Source: Prochlorococcus sp. AG-347-K20
Lineage (GTDB): Bacteria > Cyanobacteriota > Cyanobacteriia > PCC-6307 > Cyanobiaceae
Assembly: GCA_003281315.1 (NCBI GenBank)
Contig: QCCH01000005.1
Span: 18,603 to 82,602, forward strand
DNA: 64,000 nt
Reading direction: 5' to 3'
Position numbers and translations under genes: made by a program. The first letter of the stretch is position 1. Each line of letters opens with the position of its first letter. The notes under the pieces were generated by a model, which saw nothing but the letters and a program-made list of their open reading frames with translations, made no database searches and was not told the DNA's origin. Below are positions 1-9,556 of this stretch, in pieces.

Positions 1-390
1 ATGGAATATCATTTGATTGGCTATAGAAAAAATGACCTTGTTAGATTAGATGTTCTAATAAATTCAGAAAGAGCAGATCCATTAACTTCTATTGTTCATA
101 AAGATAAGGCTTATGGAATTGGCAGAAGTTTAGTTGAGAAATTAAAAGAACTTATTCCAAAACAACAATTTAAAATACCTATTCAAGCATCAATCGGTAG
201 CAGGATTATTGCAAGTGAAAGCATAAGTGCTTTGCGAAAAGATGTTTTATCTAAATGTTATGGAGGGGATATTTCTAGGAAAAAGAAACTTTTAAAGAAA
301 CAAGCTAAAGGTAAAAAGAGGATGAAGGCAATGGGTAAAGTTGAAGTCCCTCAAGAAGCTTTTATGGCAGTCTTGAAACTAAACCAGTAA
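1..390 (+). CDS. lepA: Elongation factor 4 (LepA), C-terminal 129 aa; 5' end outside window
   Basis: ORF open to window edge; LepA C-terminal signature [34 protein letters not shown]. Confidence 0.9.
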
Positions 391-469
391 TTTCTTTTAA
401 TTTAAAATTTACAGCTATTTATTTTTAAAAGAATTGGGTATATTTCATTTATATCTTTAAAAAAAGATT

Positions 470-1315
470 TTGGATATTAACTCATTTAATCGTGTCGGCG
501 CAAATATCAGAAAAGCTGGATTTTTAATTGTACTTTTTTATCTTCTTGTTGTTTTAATAATGAAATTTTTAGAGGCCAATAATTTTTTTGGCTATTCATT
601 TTCAATGTTAAGCAATGATATCTTTGCCCCTCCTTCTCTTAATCATTTTTGTGGCACAGATAGATTAGGAAGAGATGTTTGCTTAAGAACTTTGCAAGGA
701 TCATCATTAGCGATAGAAGTTGTATTCTTAGCTATTCTTTTTTCATTAAGTTTGGGTTTGCCATTGGGATTATTAAGTGGATATTTTGGTGGTTTTTTTG
801 ATAAATGCTTATCACTAATAATGGATACTATTTTTTCAATACCTGTAATTTTGCTTTCAGTTGTTGTGGCTTTTGTATTGGGTAAGGGCATCCTTAACGC
901 GGCTTTAGCATTGTGTATTGTTTACTCTCCTCAATATTTTAGATTAATCAGAAATCAGACAATATTGGTTAAATCCGAAACTTATGTGGAGGCAGCTCAA
1001 GTTGCTGGAGCTGATGTTAAAAAAATTATTTTTAAATATATTCTCCCAAATGTAATAACACCATTGCCTATTCTACTTACCCTAAATGCTGCAGATGCTG
1101 TTTTGGTATTAGGAAGTTTAGGATTTTTAGGACTTGGAGTTCCTGCAGATGTCCCAGAATGGGGAAGTGATTTAAATCTGGCTCTTGCCGCTTTACCTAC
1201 AGGTATCTGGTGGACGGCTTTGTTTCCAGGTTTGGCAATGTTTTTTTTAGTTTTAGGTCTTTCTTTTATAGGAGAGGACCTTGAAGAAATTTTTGATCGT
1301 CAAAATTCTGAATAA
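470..1315 (+). CDS. ABC transporter permease, peptide/nickel (DppC/OppC-like) family
   Basis: Polytopic membrane protein with EAA loop (YVEAAQVAGADVKKIIFKYILPNV); TTG start in ORF track, first TM helix precedes the first ATG. Confidence 0.8.
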   Translation: MDINSFNRVGANIRKAGFLIVLFYLLVVLIMKFLEANNFFGYSFSMLSNDIFAPPSLNHFCGTDRLGRDVCLRTLQGSSLAIEVVFLAILFSLSLGLPLGLLSGYFGGFFDKCLSLIMDTIFSIPVILLSVVVAFVLGKGILNAALALCIVYSPQYFRLIRNQTILVKSETYVEAAQVAGADVKKIIFKYILPNVITPLPILLTLNAADAVLVLGSLGFLGLGVPADVPEWGSDLNLALAALPTGIWWTALFPGLAMFFLVLGLSFIGEDLEEIFDRQNSE

Positions 1316-1317
1316 AT

Positions 1318-1989
1318 TTAGTTATCTGTAATAGGATCAAGTTCTCCTTGATCATTCAACTTTGGATATTCTTTAGCTGATTTTTTATACACCGAAGCTA
1401 ATTCTGGGTAACACCATTCAAAAAGTGTTTTTTGATATTCATCCATATTTAACCCTTCTCCATTAGAGGGCAATATACCTTTATTTTTTCTTTGGCGAAC
1501 AGCTTCAAATAATAATATAGAAGCAGCAACTGAAACATTCAGAGATTGAACCATACCTCTCATAGGTATAAAAATTGATTGATCAACCATTGATATAAGT
1601 TCATTACTTAGTCCCCATTTTTCTGCTCCTAAAACAAAACATGTATTTTGAGAATAATCAAAATTTCTATAATCTACTGATTTACTATAAAGAGTCGTTC
1701 CATATAATTTAAAACCCTTATTCTTTAAATCAGATATTGCCGTGATAGTGTTTTCATGATTATTCAGTTTTACCCATTTTTGACTTCCTTGAGCAGTACT
1801 ATTAAAAGTCTTAACGGCATTCGTTTTGCTAATAAAATTTGCTTCGAAAACTCCTGCCGCATCACATGTCCTTAATATCGCAGATAAATTATGTGGTTTA
1901 TTGACATCCTCAACTAAAACAGTCAAGTTTTTCATTCTGCAATCTAAAACACTTTTGATTCGTTCAAATCTTCTTGGCAAAATTGACAT
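1318..1989 (-). CDS. SpoU/TrmH-family RNA 2'-O-methyltransferase
   Basis: SpoU motifs NLSAILRTCDAAGV, FVLGAEKWGLS, IPMRGMVQSLNVSVAASILLFE. Confidence 0.8.
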   Translation of the reverse strand: MSILPRRFERIKSVLDCRMKNLTVLVEDVNKPHNLSAILRTCDAAGVFEANFISKTNAVKTFNSTAQGSQKWVKLNNHENTITAISDLKNKGFKLYGTTLYSKSVDYRNFDYSQNTCFVLGAEKWGLSNELISMVDQSIFIPMRGMVQSLNVSVAASILLFEAVRQRKNKGILPSNGEGLNMDEYQKTLFEWCYPELASVYKKSAKEYPKLNDQGELDPITDN

Positions 1990-2085
1990 TTATAATTTTT
2001 TCACACTTTTAAATTATATTCAAAAAATATTGATTACCTATTAAATCTCTTGGTTTATAATATTTTGGTAGTTTAAATTAACTCA

Positions 2086-2289
2086 ATGGCATACATAGAA
2101 TGGGACTATACAGTAATAACAAGTATGGTAGAAAAACAAGGGTGGGATCTACCTGATCGTGAATCGGAAGAATGGAATAAATTTAACGATGAATTAGGAG
2201 AAAAAATGAGAGGTGTTGGACTTATTTTTGAAAAATATTGTAAGTTTACTCCTGATGTAGGAGAAGGAGTTCATCTTCTAGATGACTGA
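2086..2289 (+). CDS. Small acidic hypothetical protein (67 aa)
   Basis: ATG-initiated ORF with host-like composition, followed by a hairpin (ccattgat 2307-2314 / atcaatgg 2325-2332); no family recognised. Confidence 0.4.
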   Translation: MAYIEWDYTVITSMVEKQGWDLPDRESEEWNKFNDELGEKMRGVGLIFEKYCKFTPDVGEGVHLLDD

Positions 2290-2466
2290 TCATAAATAGT
2301 TTTAAACCATTGATGTATCCCTTAATCAATGGCTTAGTAATTAATAAGATAATATAATTTCACTAAATTAGAACTGTCAATTATTAAGGCTTTATAAAGC
2401 TTGTACTCTAAAAAAAAATTTTTATTCCACAAAAAAGTTATTTAATTTCTATATTTGAATAAAAAT

Positions 2467-2859
2467 ATGAAAAATAAATTAACCTTTTTATTCGATGGTG
2501 GTTGCCCACTTTGTTTGAGAGAAACAAATTTTCTTAAAAAAAGAGATACCTCAAATCAAATTGCATTTATAGATATTAATAGTAAGGATTATGATCAAAG
2601 TCTATTTAATGACATCTCATATTCAGAAGCTATGTCAAACCTGCATGGGATTATTGAAAATGGTGAAATTATTAGGGGACTAGATGTACTTGCATACTCT
2701 TATGAATTAGTTGGTTTAGGTTGGGTTTATTATCCCTTGAAGATTAAGCTCTTATCTCCATTATTGAAATTGGTTTACAGATATTGGGCAAAATATAGAC
2801 TTCAAATTACAGGTAGATCCGATATTGAAAAACTTTGTACCTCACAATGTGAACAATGA
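2467..2859 (+). CDS. DCC-family (DUF393) thiol-disulfide oxidoreductase-like protein
   Basis: N-terminal FDGGCPLC CxxC motif typical of the DCC family; ORF track starts at TTG 2455 but ATG 2467 (MKNKLTFLFDGGCPLC) is more likely; stop overlaps next start (ATGA at 2856-2859). Confidence 0.75.
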   Translation: MKNKLTFLFDGGCPLCLRETNFLKKRDTSNQIAFIDINSKDYDQSLFNDISYSEAMSNLHGIIENGEIIRGLDVLAYSYELVGLGWVYYPLKIKLLSPLLKLVYRYWAKYRLQITGRSDIEKLCTSQCEQ

Positions 2860-3098
2860 ATATGGAAAGTATCGATATAGACAGAATAATAGAGATGTGT
2901 TGGGAAGATAGAACACCCTTTGAAGCTATCGAGTATCAATTTGGTTTAAAAGAGGAAGATGCTATAAAAATTATGCGTCAAAATCTTAAACCCAAATCTT
3001 TCAAAGTCTGGAGAAAGAGAGTTTCGGGAAGAAATACAAAACATATGGCCCTTAAAGATTCAACTAGATTTAAATCTACTCATAAAAGAAAATTATAA
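2856..3098 (+). CDS. TIGR03643/DUF2805-like small basic protein (80 aa)
   Basis: MCWEDRTPFEAIEYQFGL..KVWRKRVSGR matches my memory of the TIGR03643 family that accompanies photolyase genes; ATGA overlap with upstream gene. Confidence 0.65.
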   Translation: MNMESIDIDRIIEMCWEDRTPFEAIEYQFGLKEEDAIKIMRQNLKPKSFKVWRKRVSGRNTKHMALKDSTRFKSTHKRKL

Positions 3099-3101
3099 AT
3101 T

Positions 3102-3233
3102 TTGAAAAATCTTTCTACTAAAACTTGTCCTGTTTGCAATAGGCCGTTTGAGTGGCGTAAAAAATGGAAAAACTGTTGGGATGATGTTATCTACTGTTCA
3201 AAAAGATGCAGTAACAGGAAGTCGCAAATATGA
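3102..3233 (+). CDS. DUF2256-like zinc-ribbon protein (43 aa), absent from ORF track
   Basis: Hand translation (L/M)[42 protein letters not shown]; CxxC..CxxxC; no in-frame ATG, candidate start TTG 3102 (or ATT 3099); stop TGA 3231-3233 overlaps ATG 3230 of the photolyase gene. Confidence 0.6.
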   Translation: MKNLSTKTCPVCNRPFEWRKKWKNCWDDVIYCSKRCSNRKSQI

Positions 3234-4720
3234 AACAAGTATCAATTATTTTCCCGAATCAACTTTTTAGAGAAAGCCCAATCTTAAAAATAAATTGTGA
3301 AGTTTTGATTTTGGAAGACTCATTATTTTTTGGAAATGATAAATTTCATAAATTAATTAATCATAAAAATAAGTTAGTTTTTCATAGAGCATCTATGCTC
3401 GCTTATAAAAATTATTTAGAAATATCTGGCTTTAAAGTTTTATATATCGAAAACAAAAATAATGTTTCTACAGTTGATTACTTATCGGAATTTATTAAAA
3501 ATAAATATCAGAAAATAAATCTCATTGACCCTCATGATTTTTTAATAATGAAGAGGATTAATAATTTTGTTGAAAGTAATAATTTAGCTTTAAATATTTT
3601 CCCTTCTCCTATGTTTATGAGCAGTGAAGATTTAAAAGATTTATTTGCATCAAATGCAAAAAAACCTCTTATGGGGAGATTTTATGAGAATCAAAGAAAG
3701 AGCCAAAAGATATTAGTTAATCCTGATGATACACCTGAAGGTGGTAAATGGAGTTTCGATGAAATGAACAGAAAAAAATTACCAAAAAAAATAAATATAC
3801 CCGATACACCTAAATTACAAAAAAATAAATTTGTAGTTAATGCAGAAAGGTCATTAGCCAATTTTGGTATTGAGTTTATTGGAGAAAGTAATAACTTTTT
3901 ATATCCAACTAATTTTGAAGAGGCAGATGGATGGTTAAATGATTTTTTTAAACATAGATTTTTCTTATTTGGAGATTATGAGGATGCTATTTCTAAAGAA
4001 AATTCTTTTTTATGGCACAGTTTACTTTCTCCTCTTTTAAATAGCGGCTTATTAACCCCAGATGTAGTAGTAAATAAAGCATTACTTTTTGCAAAAAATA
4101 ATAATGTTCCTATTAACTCTTTAGAGGGTTTTATTCGTCAAATTATTGGATGGAGAGAATTTATTTGCCTCGTCTATAAAAAGTATGGAACAAAGATGCG
4201 AAATAGTAATTTTTGGAATTTTGAAGATAAACCAATTCCAAAATCTTTTTATCAAGGAAATACAGGAATTGAACCAGTAGACGTTGTTATAAAAAATATT
4301 ATTAAATTTGGTTATTGTCATCATATTGAGCGGCTAATGATTGTTGGCAACTTTATGCTTCTATGTAGAATTCACCCAAACCAAGTTTATAAATGGTTTA
4401 TGGAAATGTTTATTGATTCCTATGATTGGGTGATGGTCCCAAATGTTTACGGAATGAGTCAGTTTAGTGATGGTGGTATCTTTTCAACAAAGCCATATAT
4501 ATCAAGCTCTAATTATGTAAAAAAAATGTCTAATTTTAAAAGTGGCCCATGGTGTGAAATATGGGATGGCTTATTTTGGAAATTTATTAAAGATAATGAA
4601 AGCTTTTTTAGAAAGCAATATCGTCTGGCAATGTTAACGAGAAATCTTGATAAAATGTCAGAGGAAAAATTAAATAATCACTTACAAACGGCCGATAAAT
4701 TTTTAAGAGATATTCAATAA
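3230..4720 (+). CDS. Cryptochrome/photolyase-family protein of the CryPro / bacterial (6-4) photolyase-related class (COG3046-like)
   Basis: 496 aa; conserved C-terminal FAD-domain blocks ([49 protein letters not shown]). Confidence 0.85.
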   Translation: MKQVSIIFPNQLFRESPILKINCEVLILEDSLFFGNDKFHKLINHKNKLVFHRASMLAYKNYLEISGFKVLYIENKNNVSTVDYLSEFIKNKYQKINLIDPHDFLIMKRINNFVESNNLALNIFPSPMFMSSEDLKDLFASNAKKPLMGRFYENQRKSQKILVNPDDTPEGGKWSFDEMNRKKLPKKINIPDTPKLQKNKFVVNAERSLANFGIEFIGESNNFLYPTNFEEADGWLNDFFKHRFFLFGDYEDAISKENSFLWHSLLSPLLNSGLLTPDVVVNKALLFAKNNNVPINSLEGFIRQIIGWREFICLVYKKYGTKMRNSNFWNFEDKPIPKSFYQGNTGIEPVDVVIKNIIKFGYCHHIERLMIVGNFMLLCRIHPNQVYKWFMEMFIDSYDWVMVPNVYGMSQFSDGGIFSTKPYISSSNYVKKMSNFKSGPWCEIWDGLFWKFIKDNESFFRKQYRLAMLTRNLDKMSEEKLNNHLQTADKFLRDIQ

Positions 4721-4825
4721 ATTAAGAGTAATAACCTACAGTTGTCGTTGAAAAATTAAAACAATATTATGTTATGAAGAAATATTAAATACAGATGTTA
4801 AGTTAAAAAAGATTAGATTTATCTA

Positions 4826-5005
4826 ATGGAAATTGGAACACTTTTTTTAAAAAGTAATTTGACGGGAATTATCACTTTTTCTGAATTAGATTGGATAACT
4901 ACCCATCAATCTAATTTCACTAGGTTGGAGGAATCCATAGCAATTAAATTAGGCAGAATGCTAGATGCAGGATCTATCAATATTGGTTGCCGTTTGAAAT
5001 CCTGA
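4826..5005 (+). CDS. Small hypothetical protein (59 aa), just below the ORF-track cutoff
   Basis: Hand translation MEIGTLFLKSNLTGIITFSELDWITTHQSNFTRLEESIAIKLGRMLDAGSINIGCRLKS; lies in an otherwise empty 500-nt gap. Confidence 0.3.
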   Translation: MEIGTLFLKSNLTGIITFSELDWITTHQSNFTRLEESIAIKLGRMLDAGSINIGCRLKS

Positions 5006-5219
5006 ATAAGTTTTTATTTTAATAATGAAGTATCAAAAAGAGAAAAAAATATTTTTTCTGGAAAGAATCCATTCTTTGAGCATCTTTCTTTTTTTAGGAT
5101 TTAATCTTTCACTTATTTCTATCTTAGGTTTTATTTGGTTAAATTCTTCAATTGAAAAAGTAGTTTAATTTTTTAAATTTTTTGTATATTAAAGTTATCT
5201 TTAAAAAATTAATCATATT

Positions 5220-6536
5220 TTGAGCATAGGATATTTACAAAGAAAGGCAGCTTGGGAAATCTTATTAAAAGTTAGTTCTGGTGATTTTTCTGATCATGCT
5301 CTTGAAAAGGTTTTAAAAAATTATCGATTTAATCCTCTTGATATAGCTTTTATTACGGAATTATCTTTTGGATGCATAAGGTATAGAAAATTTCTTGATC
5401 TTTGGACGGATCATACATCAAAAATTACTCATAAAAAACAGCCTCCAAAGTTAAGATGGCTTCTACATATAGGTTTGTATCAACTATTGAAAATGGATAA
5501 AATCCCATTTTCTGCAGCTATTTCTACCACTGTAGAAGTAGCCAAAAAAACAGATTTGAATGGTTTAGCCGGAACTTTAAATGCGATATTGAGAAATGCA
5601 TCAAGAAAATTAGAACAAAAAATCTTTCCGGAATTATCCTCTGATAGAAAAGAAAGAATTTCATGTCTTGAATCATTTCCATTATGGCTTGTGAAGGATC
5701 TTTATAAATGGGTAGGCAATAGCGAGGGTGAAAATATCATTAAGGCATTTAATAAAAAACCATCAATTGATTTGAGAATTAACCAATTAAAAACTAATTT
5801 AGATAACTTTTTGAAAGTACTTCATGAAAATAATATTGATGCTGAAATTATTAATGATTTACATAATGGAATTACTTTAAAATCTAATCCAAGATCTATA
5901 AAAAATTTACCAGGATATAGTGATGGACTTTGGACAATTCAAGATAGATCTTCTCAGTGGATAGCACCTCTCTTAAATCCAAAAGAAGGTGAAAAGATTT
6001 TAGATGCTTGTGCAGCACCAGGAAGTAAGTCTACCCACCTTGCAGAATTAACAAATGATAGTGCTGAAATCATTGCCGTAGATAGATCAGCAAAAAGATT
6101 GAAAATACTGCAATCAAATTTAGAAAGGTTAAATTTGAAATCTGTTAATACCCTTAAGGCTGACGCTACGAGTTTGATTGAATTAAATCCTAAGTTTATA
6201 TCTTATTTTGATAAGATTTTATTAGATGCTCCATGTTCAGGCATTGGAACTCTTTCCAGGAATCCAGATTCTAGATGGTCTTTAAGTAAAGAAAAAATAA
6301 AATCTTTAACTTTATTACAGGAAAAACTTTTGGAGAGTATTTTCCCTCTTTTGAAAAAAGATGGCACTTTAGTTTATTCAACTTGTACTATTTGTCCCGA
6401 TGAAAATAATCTATTAATTGAACGATTTATTGAAAAAAACAAAACTTTAAAATTGGTTAGCCAAAAGCAAATTTTACCTAGCTTGGATTATCCTGGTGAT
6501 GGATTTTATTCTGCAATAATTTCTTATAAATCTTAA
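5220..6536 (+). CDS. rsmB: 16S rRNA (cytosine-C5) methyltransferase RsmB/Sun
   Basis: NusB-like N-terminus plus SAM MTase motifs DACAAPGSKSTHLAE, LLDAPCSGIGTLSRNPD, YSTCT; TTG start. Confidence 0.85.
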   Translation: MSIGYLQRKAAWEILLKVSSGDFSDHALEKVLKNYRFNPLDIAFITELSFGCIRYRKFLDLWTDHTSKITHKKQPPKLRWLLHIGLYQLLKMDKIPFSAAISTTVEVAKKTDLNGLAGTLNAILRNASRKLEQKIFPELSSDRKERISCLESFPLWLVKDLYKWVGNSEGENIIKAFNKKPSIDLRINQLKTNLDNFLKVLHENNIDAEIINDLHNGITLKSNPRSIKNLPGYSDGLWTIQDRSSQWIAPLLNPKEGEKILDACAAPGSKSTHLAELTNDSAEIIAVDRSAKRLKILQSNLERLNLKSVNTLKADATSLIELNPKFISYFDKILLDAPCSGIGTLSRNPDSRWSLSKEKIKSLTLLQEKLLESIFPLLKKDGTLVYSTCTICPDENNLLIERFIEKNKTLKLVSQKQILPSLDYPGDGFYSAIISYKS

Positions 6537-6545
6537 AAATATAAT

Positions 6546-8324
6546 TTATTTTTTAATTGGAATTTTATAAATTTCAGATATGAACTTCTTCCATAAATAA
6601 GCTGCATTACCACTAGATAATTCAGATTCCTTGTTATCGTCGTAACCTATCCAGATCCCTGATGTAAGGTTATCAATGGAACCAATAAACCAGAGATCTT
6701 TATTTCCATCAGATGTTCCTGTTTTCCCATAAATTTTCTTTCCTTTTATAGAGGCTGCTTTTGAAGTGCCTTCTTTTACAGATTTTTCAAGAAGTTTATT
6801 TATTTTCTTGTTTATTTTTAAATCTAATATTTTCTTGGAAATAGATTTATTTTCCCAAATAGGTTCTTTTTTAAATGATTCTATTTTTTCTATAATTTCA
6901 GGGCTTTGAATCTTCCCATTATTATTTATGGCAGAATATGCATTTGTGATGTTTAAAAGATTATCTCCGTAGGCGCCAATAGCTAATGATGGGAATTCCT
7001 CAAACTCTTGCTCGTAACCTAGTCCAAATGAATTCGCTAAATTAATAATATTTTTTAAGCCGATTTTTTTTGTTATTGATATTGGAACGATATTTGATGA
7101 ACTTTTAAATGATTCAATCAAAGATATTGAACCTCTATAGTCTTCTGAAAAATTTTTTGGGCAATAACTTTCCCAGCATATTGGTAAGTCTTCAAATTTA
7201 TCGCTTAATTTTATTCCTTCTATTAATGCAGCAGCATAAGGGATTATTTTAAAAGTAGAACCTAAAGGTCTTACAGATGAAATCACTCTGTTGTATTCAT
7301 TAATTGATGGACTTTTGCTGGTTATCATTGTTCTGATTAGTCCTGTGTTTGATTCGATAGATAACAGACCAAATTCAAGTTCTTTAGGCCCTGCATATCT
7401 TGATATTTTTTGACCTTTTTCCTGCCAATCTTTGTTGATAGAAGATTTAATTCTTAAAAACTTATAATCATTTTTACTTCCAATTTTTTTATCTGTTTCC
7501 TGAAGAATAAAGTTTATTAGTAATTTATCATCTAATAAATTATTAGCTGTTTGATAATTTAACTTTATTTTTTCTTTAATAGCCTTATTCTTATTTGCAA
7601 GAGAAATATATCCATCAACATACATTGATTCAAGAACTTTATTTCTATTTTCAATAGCTAGTTCTAAATTTTGATAAGGTGAATAAATTGATGGAGCTGG
7701 AGCTAATCCTGCAATTAATGCGATCTCAGATAATGTCAATTCTTCTATAAATTTTCCAAAATAAACTTGGGCAGCCTCATCTACCCCGTATGCTCCTGAT
7801 CCTAGATAAATATTATTTAAATATAATTTTAAAATTTGATTTTTGCTATATCTAAATTCAAGTATGAGTGATAAAAATATTTCTTTGATTTTTCTTTGAA
7901 AACTTAAATCATTATTTAGAAAAAGTAATCTAGCAACTTGTTGTGTAATCGTACTTCCTCCCTCTTTAACATAACCACTTCTAATATTTTGAATAAGTGC
8001 ACGTGAAATACTTTTTAAATCTATTCCATTATGTTTATAAAATCTTCTATCCTCGGAAGATATAAAAGAATGTTTAAGAAAAAATGGAATTTTATGATAA
8101 CTATTATCTATTTCAAATTTGCGGCTTAATTTGCTTAGTATCTTATGATCAGAAGATGATATTACATAAGAATATTTGGTTTCCCGAGACTTTTTATTTT
8201 TAGAAACGTCAAATTTTAAGGTACTAAATATTAGACTGAAAAAATAAAAAGATATTCCAGAAAAAATTAATATTGGAATTATTAAAACAAAAGATTTGAA
8301 TTTAATCTTTTGCACCTTAAGCAA
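6546..8324 (-). CDS. Class A penicillin-binding protein (transglycosylase + transpeptidase)
   Basis: GT51 motifs EDRRFYKHNGID, GGSTITQQVAR, RKIKE; transpeptidase STFK, SSN, KTGT; TTG start overlapping chlG stop (alternative GTG at 8315). Confidence 0.85.
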   Translation of the reverse strand: MLKVQKIKFKSFVLIIPILIFSGISFYFFSLIFSTLKFDVSKNKKSRETKYSYVISSSDHKILSKLSRKFEIDNSYHKIPFFLKHSFISSEDRRFYKHNGIDLKSISRALIQNIRSGYVKEGGSTITQQVARLLFLNNDLSFQRKIKEIFLSLILEFRYSKNQILKLYLNNIYLGSGAYGVDEAAQVYFGKFIEELTLSEIALIAGLAPAPSIYSPYQNLELAIENRNKVLESMYVDGYISLANKNKAIKEKIKLNYQTANNLLDDKLLINFILQETDKKIGSKNDYKFLRIKSSINKDWQEKGQKISRYAGPKELEFGLLSIESNTGLIRTMITSKSPSINEYNRVISSVRPLGSTFKIIPYAAALIEGIKLSDKFEDLPICWESYCPKNFSEDYRGSISLIESFKSSSNIVPISITKKIGLKNIINLANSFGLGYEQEFEEFPSLAIGAYGDNLLNITNAYSAINNNGKIQSPEIIEKIESFKKEPIWENKSISKKILDLKINKKINKLLEKSVKEGTSKAASIKGKKIYGKTGTSDGNKDLWFIGSIDNLTSGIWIGYDDNKESELSSGNAAYLWKKFISEIYKIPIKK

Positions 8325-9264
8325 CTAAAAAACTATGTCCTATCGCTAAAGCTGTAACTAACATTCCAGTTATAAGGAATGGTTGGGCACTTGCTTGATA
8401 TTTGACATCAAACTTAAGAGGATCTCTTAGTAACCACATATCTTGAAATGTAATTTGTGGAATTACCAATAAAACCAAAATTACAGAGGCTAAATGTTGA
8501 CCAATAATGACTAATACTACAACCATTGCTAATTGAAAAATATCAATCAGTCCTGCACTTATTCTACTTGCATTTTTAATTCCAAATACTACTGGTAGAG
8601 AATTCAAGCCTAGCTTTGAGTCTCCTTCAACACTTTTGAAATCATTAATAACAGCAATTCCAAGTCCTGAGAGGCTATAAGCAAGTGTTAGTATCGCCGT
8701 CACGATTGTTAATTTCCCAAACAAGGCTTGTCCTGCCCACCAAGGTAAAGCTATATAAGATGCTCCTAATGCATAATTTCCAAGCCAACCATTCTGTTTT
8801 AATTTGAGTGGTGGAGCAGAATATATATAACTAACAAAGGAACCTCCTAATGCCAAAAGTAAGACGGAGGGGAAGCTGTGCTTAGCATATAAATCTAATA
8901 GAAAAGCAACTATTAAACCCGCTATAAGTAATACCCAAATTTGAATTTTTACATCTTTAATTGAAATTTTTCCAGAAGGAATTGGTCTATTTGGTTCATT
9001 AATTGCATCAATTTCTTTATCAAAAAAATCATTTATGGTTTGTGTATAACCTGCCAGAAGTGGCCCACTCATTAACATGCACGCTAGTGAAGCTAAAACA
9101 TTACTAAATGTCCATTCAAAATTTCCACTTGCGGCTGCTCCACAAATAACTCCCCATATCAAAGGTATCCACGTTATAGGTTTCATTAACTGTACACGGA
9201 GTTTCCATATACTTGATGTTTCAGAGGCACCCTTAATTCCTAATAGTTGTTTTGGATCATTCAC
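8317..9264 (-). CDS. chlG: Chlorophyll a synthase (UbiA-family prenyltransferase)
   Basis: UbiA motif NDFFDKEIDAINEPNRPIPSG, about 9 TM segments, length and sequence typical of ChlG; GTG start. Confidence 0.85.
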   Translation of the reverse strand: MNDPKQLLGIKGASETSSIWKLRVQLMKPITWIPLIWGVICGAAASGNFEWTFSNVLASLACMLMSGPLLAGYTQTINDFFDKEIDAINEPNRPIPSGKISIKDVKIQIWVLLIAGLIVAFLLDLYAKHSFPSVLLLALGGSFVSYIYSAPPLKLKQNGWLGNYALGASYIALPWWAGQALFGKLTIVTAILTLAYSLSGLGIAVINDFKSVEGDSKLGLNSLPVVFGIKNASRISAGLIDIFQLAMVVVLVIIGQHLASVILVLLVIPQITFQDMWLLRDPLKFDVKYQASAQPFLITGMLVTALAIGHSFLVA

Positions 9265-9272
9265 TTTACTCT

Positions 9273-9497
9273 TTAACCTTTCTCAATTTCTTCTGGGAAA
9301 AACCAATTTTGCTCACCATTCTGAAATTTTGCGGTGATTCCAATACTTCTGCCGTCTGTCATTTTATAGCCTGTTATTACGGCTTTAGGATTCGAGGATA
9401 TTTGATCGATTAATTTAGCCGGTAGTCTATCTTTTACTTTGTTAATGTTAATTTTGATTTTACTACCGATTTTGGGTAATAATTTTGTTTCAGCCAT
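9273..9497 (-). CDS. Small conserved hypothetical protein (74 aa)
   Basis: ATG ORF upstream of chlG on the same strand, 8 nt from the chlG start; possibly DUF2862-like (memory only). Confidence 0.5.
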   Translation of the reverse strand: MAETKLLPKIGSKIKININKVKDRLPAKLIDQISSNPKAVITGYKMTDGRSIGITAKFQNGEQNWFFPEEIEKG

Positions 9498-9556
9498 AAG
9501 AGGTAAAATGGAAGCTATTATGCAAGATTAACAGCATTTGGACAATTTTTACTAAA

